Shown here: piece after piece, positions 45,703 through 45,972 of the stretch | Numbering within the stretch: position 1 is the first letter of the stretch | Layout of the letters: every line of letters begins with the position of its first letter | NCBI GenBank assembly: GCA_964514975.1 | Contig: CAZESS010000001.1 | Coordinates: 126,297-172,268, forward strand | Length of the DNA stretch: 45,972 bases | Direction: 5' to 3' | Source of the DNA: an uncultured Thermoplasmatales archaeon | Lineage (GTDB): Archaea; Thermoplasmatota; E2; UBA202; DSCA01 | The notes under the pieces: model-generated | What the model was told of the DNA's origin: nothing | What the model saw: the letters and a program-made list of their open reading frames with translations, nothing else | Database searches by the model: none | Position numbers and translations under genes: made by a program

Positions 45703-45808
45703 CGCTAAGGCCGATTGCAGCGCCGCTAAGCGCTCCCATGGCGCGGGGTGCTACATAGCCCTTGCCGAAGACCACTCGCTCTTAGCGCGGCGTTATTCGT
45801 CCTTAGCG
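45703..45808. repeat. Imperfect 31-bp inverted repeat built from CGCTAAG units
   Basis: Arms 45703-45733 and 45778-45808, each with two CGCTAAG units 21 bp apart; 44-nt spacer. Confidence 0.75.
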
Positions 45809-45972
45809 CCGAAAGCTGTATCGCGACAAATTCAACGGCATTCTCAATGGAGCAGACAGCACCCAAAATGCGCGTTTTTATCACACAATCAGCAAGATTC
45901 ACAGTTCGCTAAGTAAACAGTAGTTCCGAATCCCAAAAAATGCCAAGGAAGCATGATTTTATAGAGAAGGAT

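Larger units (their letters stand above)
42469..45972. mobile_element. End of an integrated element (provirus or integrative plasmid) continuing beyond the window
   Basis: att half-tRNA, compositional change, small orphan ORFs, RHH genes and origin-like repeats. Confidence 0.7.

Overview
Archaeal chromosomal window, most consistent with a Thermoplasmatota-type euryarchaeon (PGF-CTERM surface proteins, TATA-box promoters, archaeal tRNAs, isoprenoid-lipid genes). The GC-rich backbone (about 5.4-40.4 kb) carries folate/one-carbon and amino-acid genes (glyA, gcvH, ftcD, cyclodeaminase, fhs, glnA, ilvA, glyoxylate reductase), lipid and glycosylation genes (mvk, frameshifted geranylgeranyl reductase, CDP-alcohol phosphatidyltransferase, polyprenyl synthase, GT2/GT-C/flippase-like), tRNA-Ile(GAT) and tRNA-Leu(CAA). 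The window also has two mosaic surface proteins of about 1740 aa, one at its left edge and one inside the backbone. The most interesting parts are: (1) an isoprenoid locus at 35.5-40.4 kb with a long-chain-type prenyl synthase, a UbiA-like membrane protein, a secreted CrtC-like protein and a tetraether-synthase-like radical SAM enzyme that lacks N-terminal metal ligands; (2) an AT-rich PIN-GNAT-PUA plus ASCH gene pair, a candidate defence module; (3) the end of an element integrated at tRNA-Arg(TCG), with an att half-tRNA read through by an RHH-headed ORF (probable split integrase N-fragment), a CPBP protease with micro-ORFs, a dense TGCA repeat array and a 31-bp inverted repeat; and (4) a decaying patch at 24.4-26.7 kb with two frameshifts and two gene tails fused back to back. 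All calls come from motif recognition only; no searches were run.
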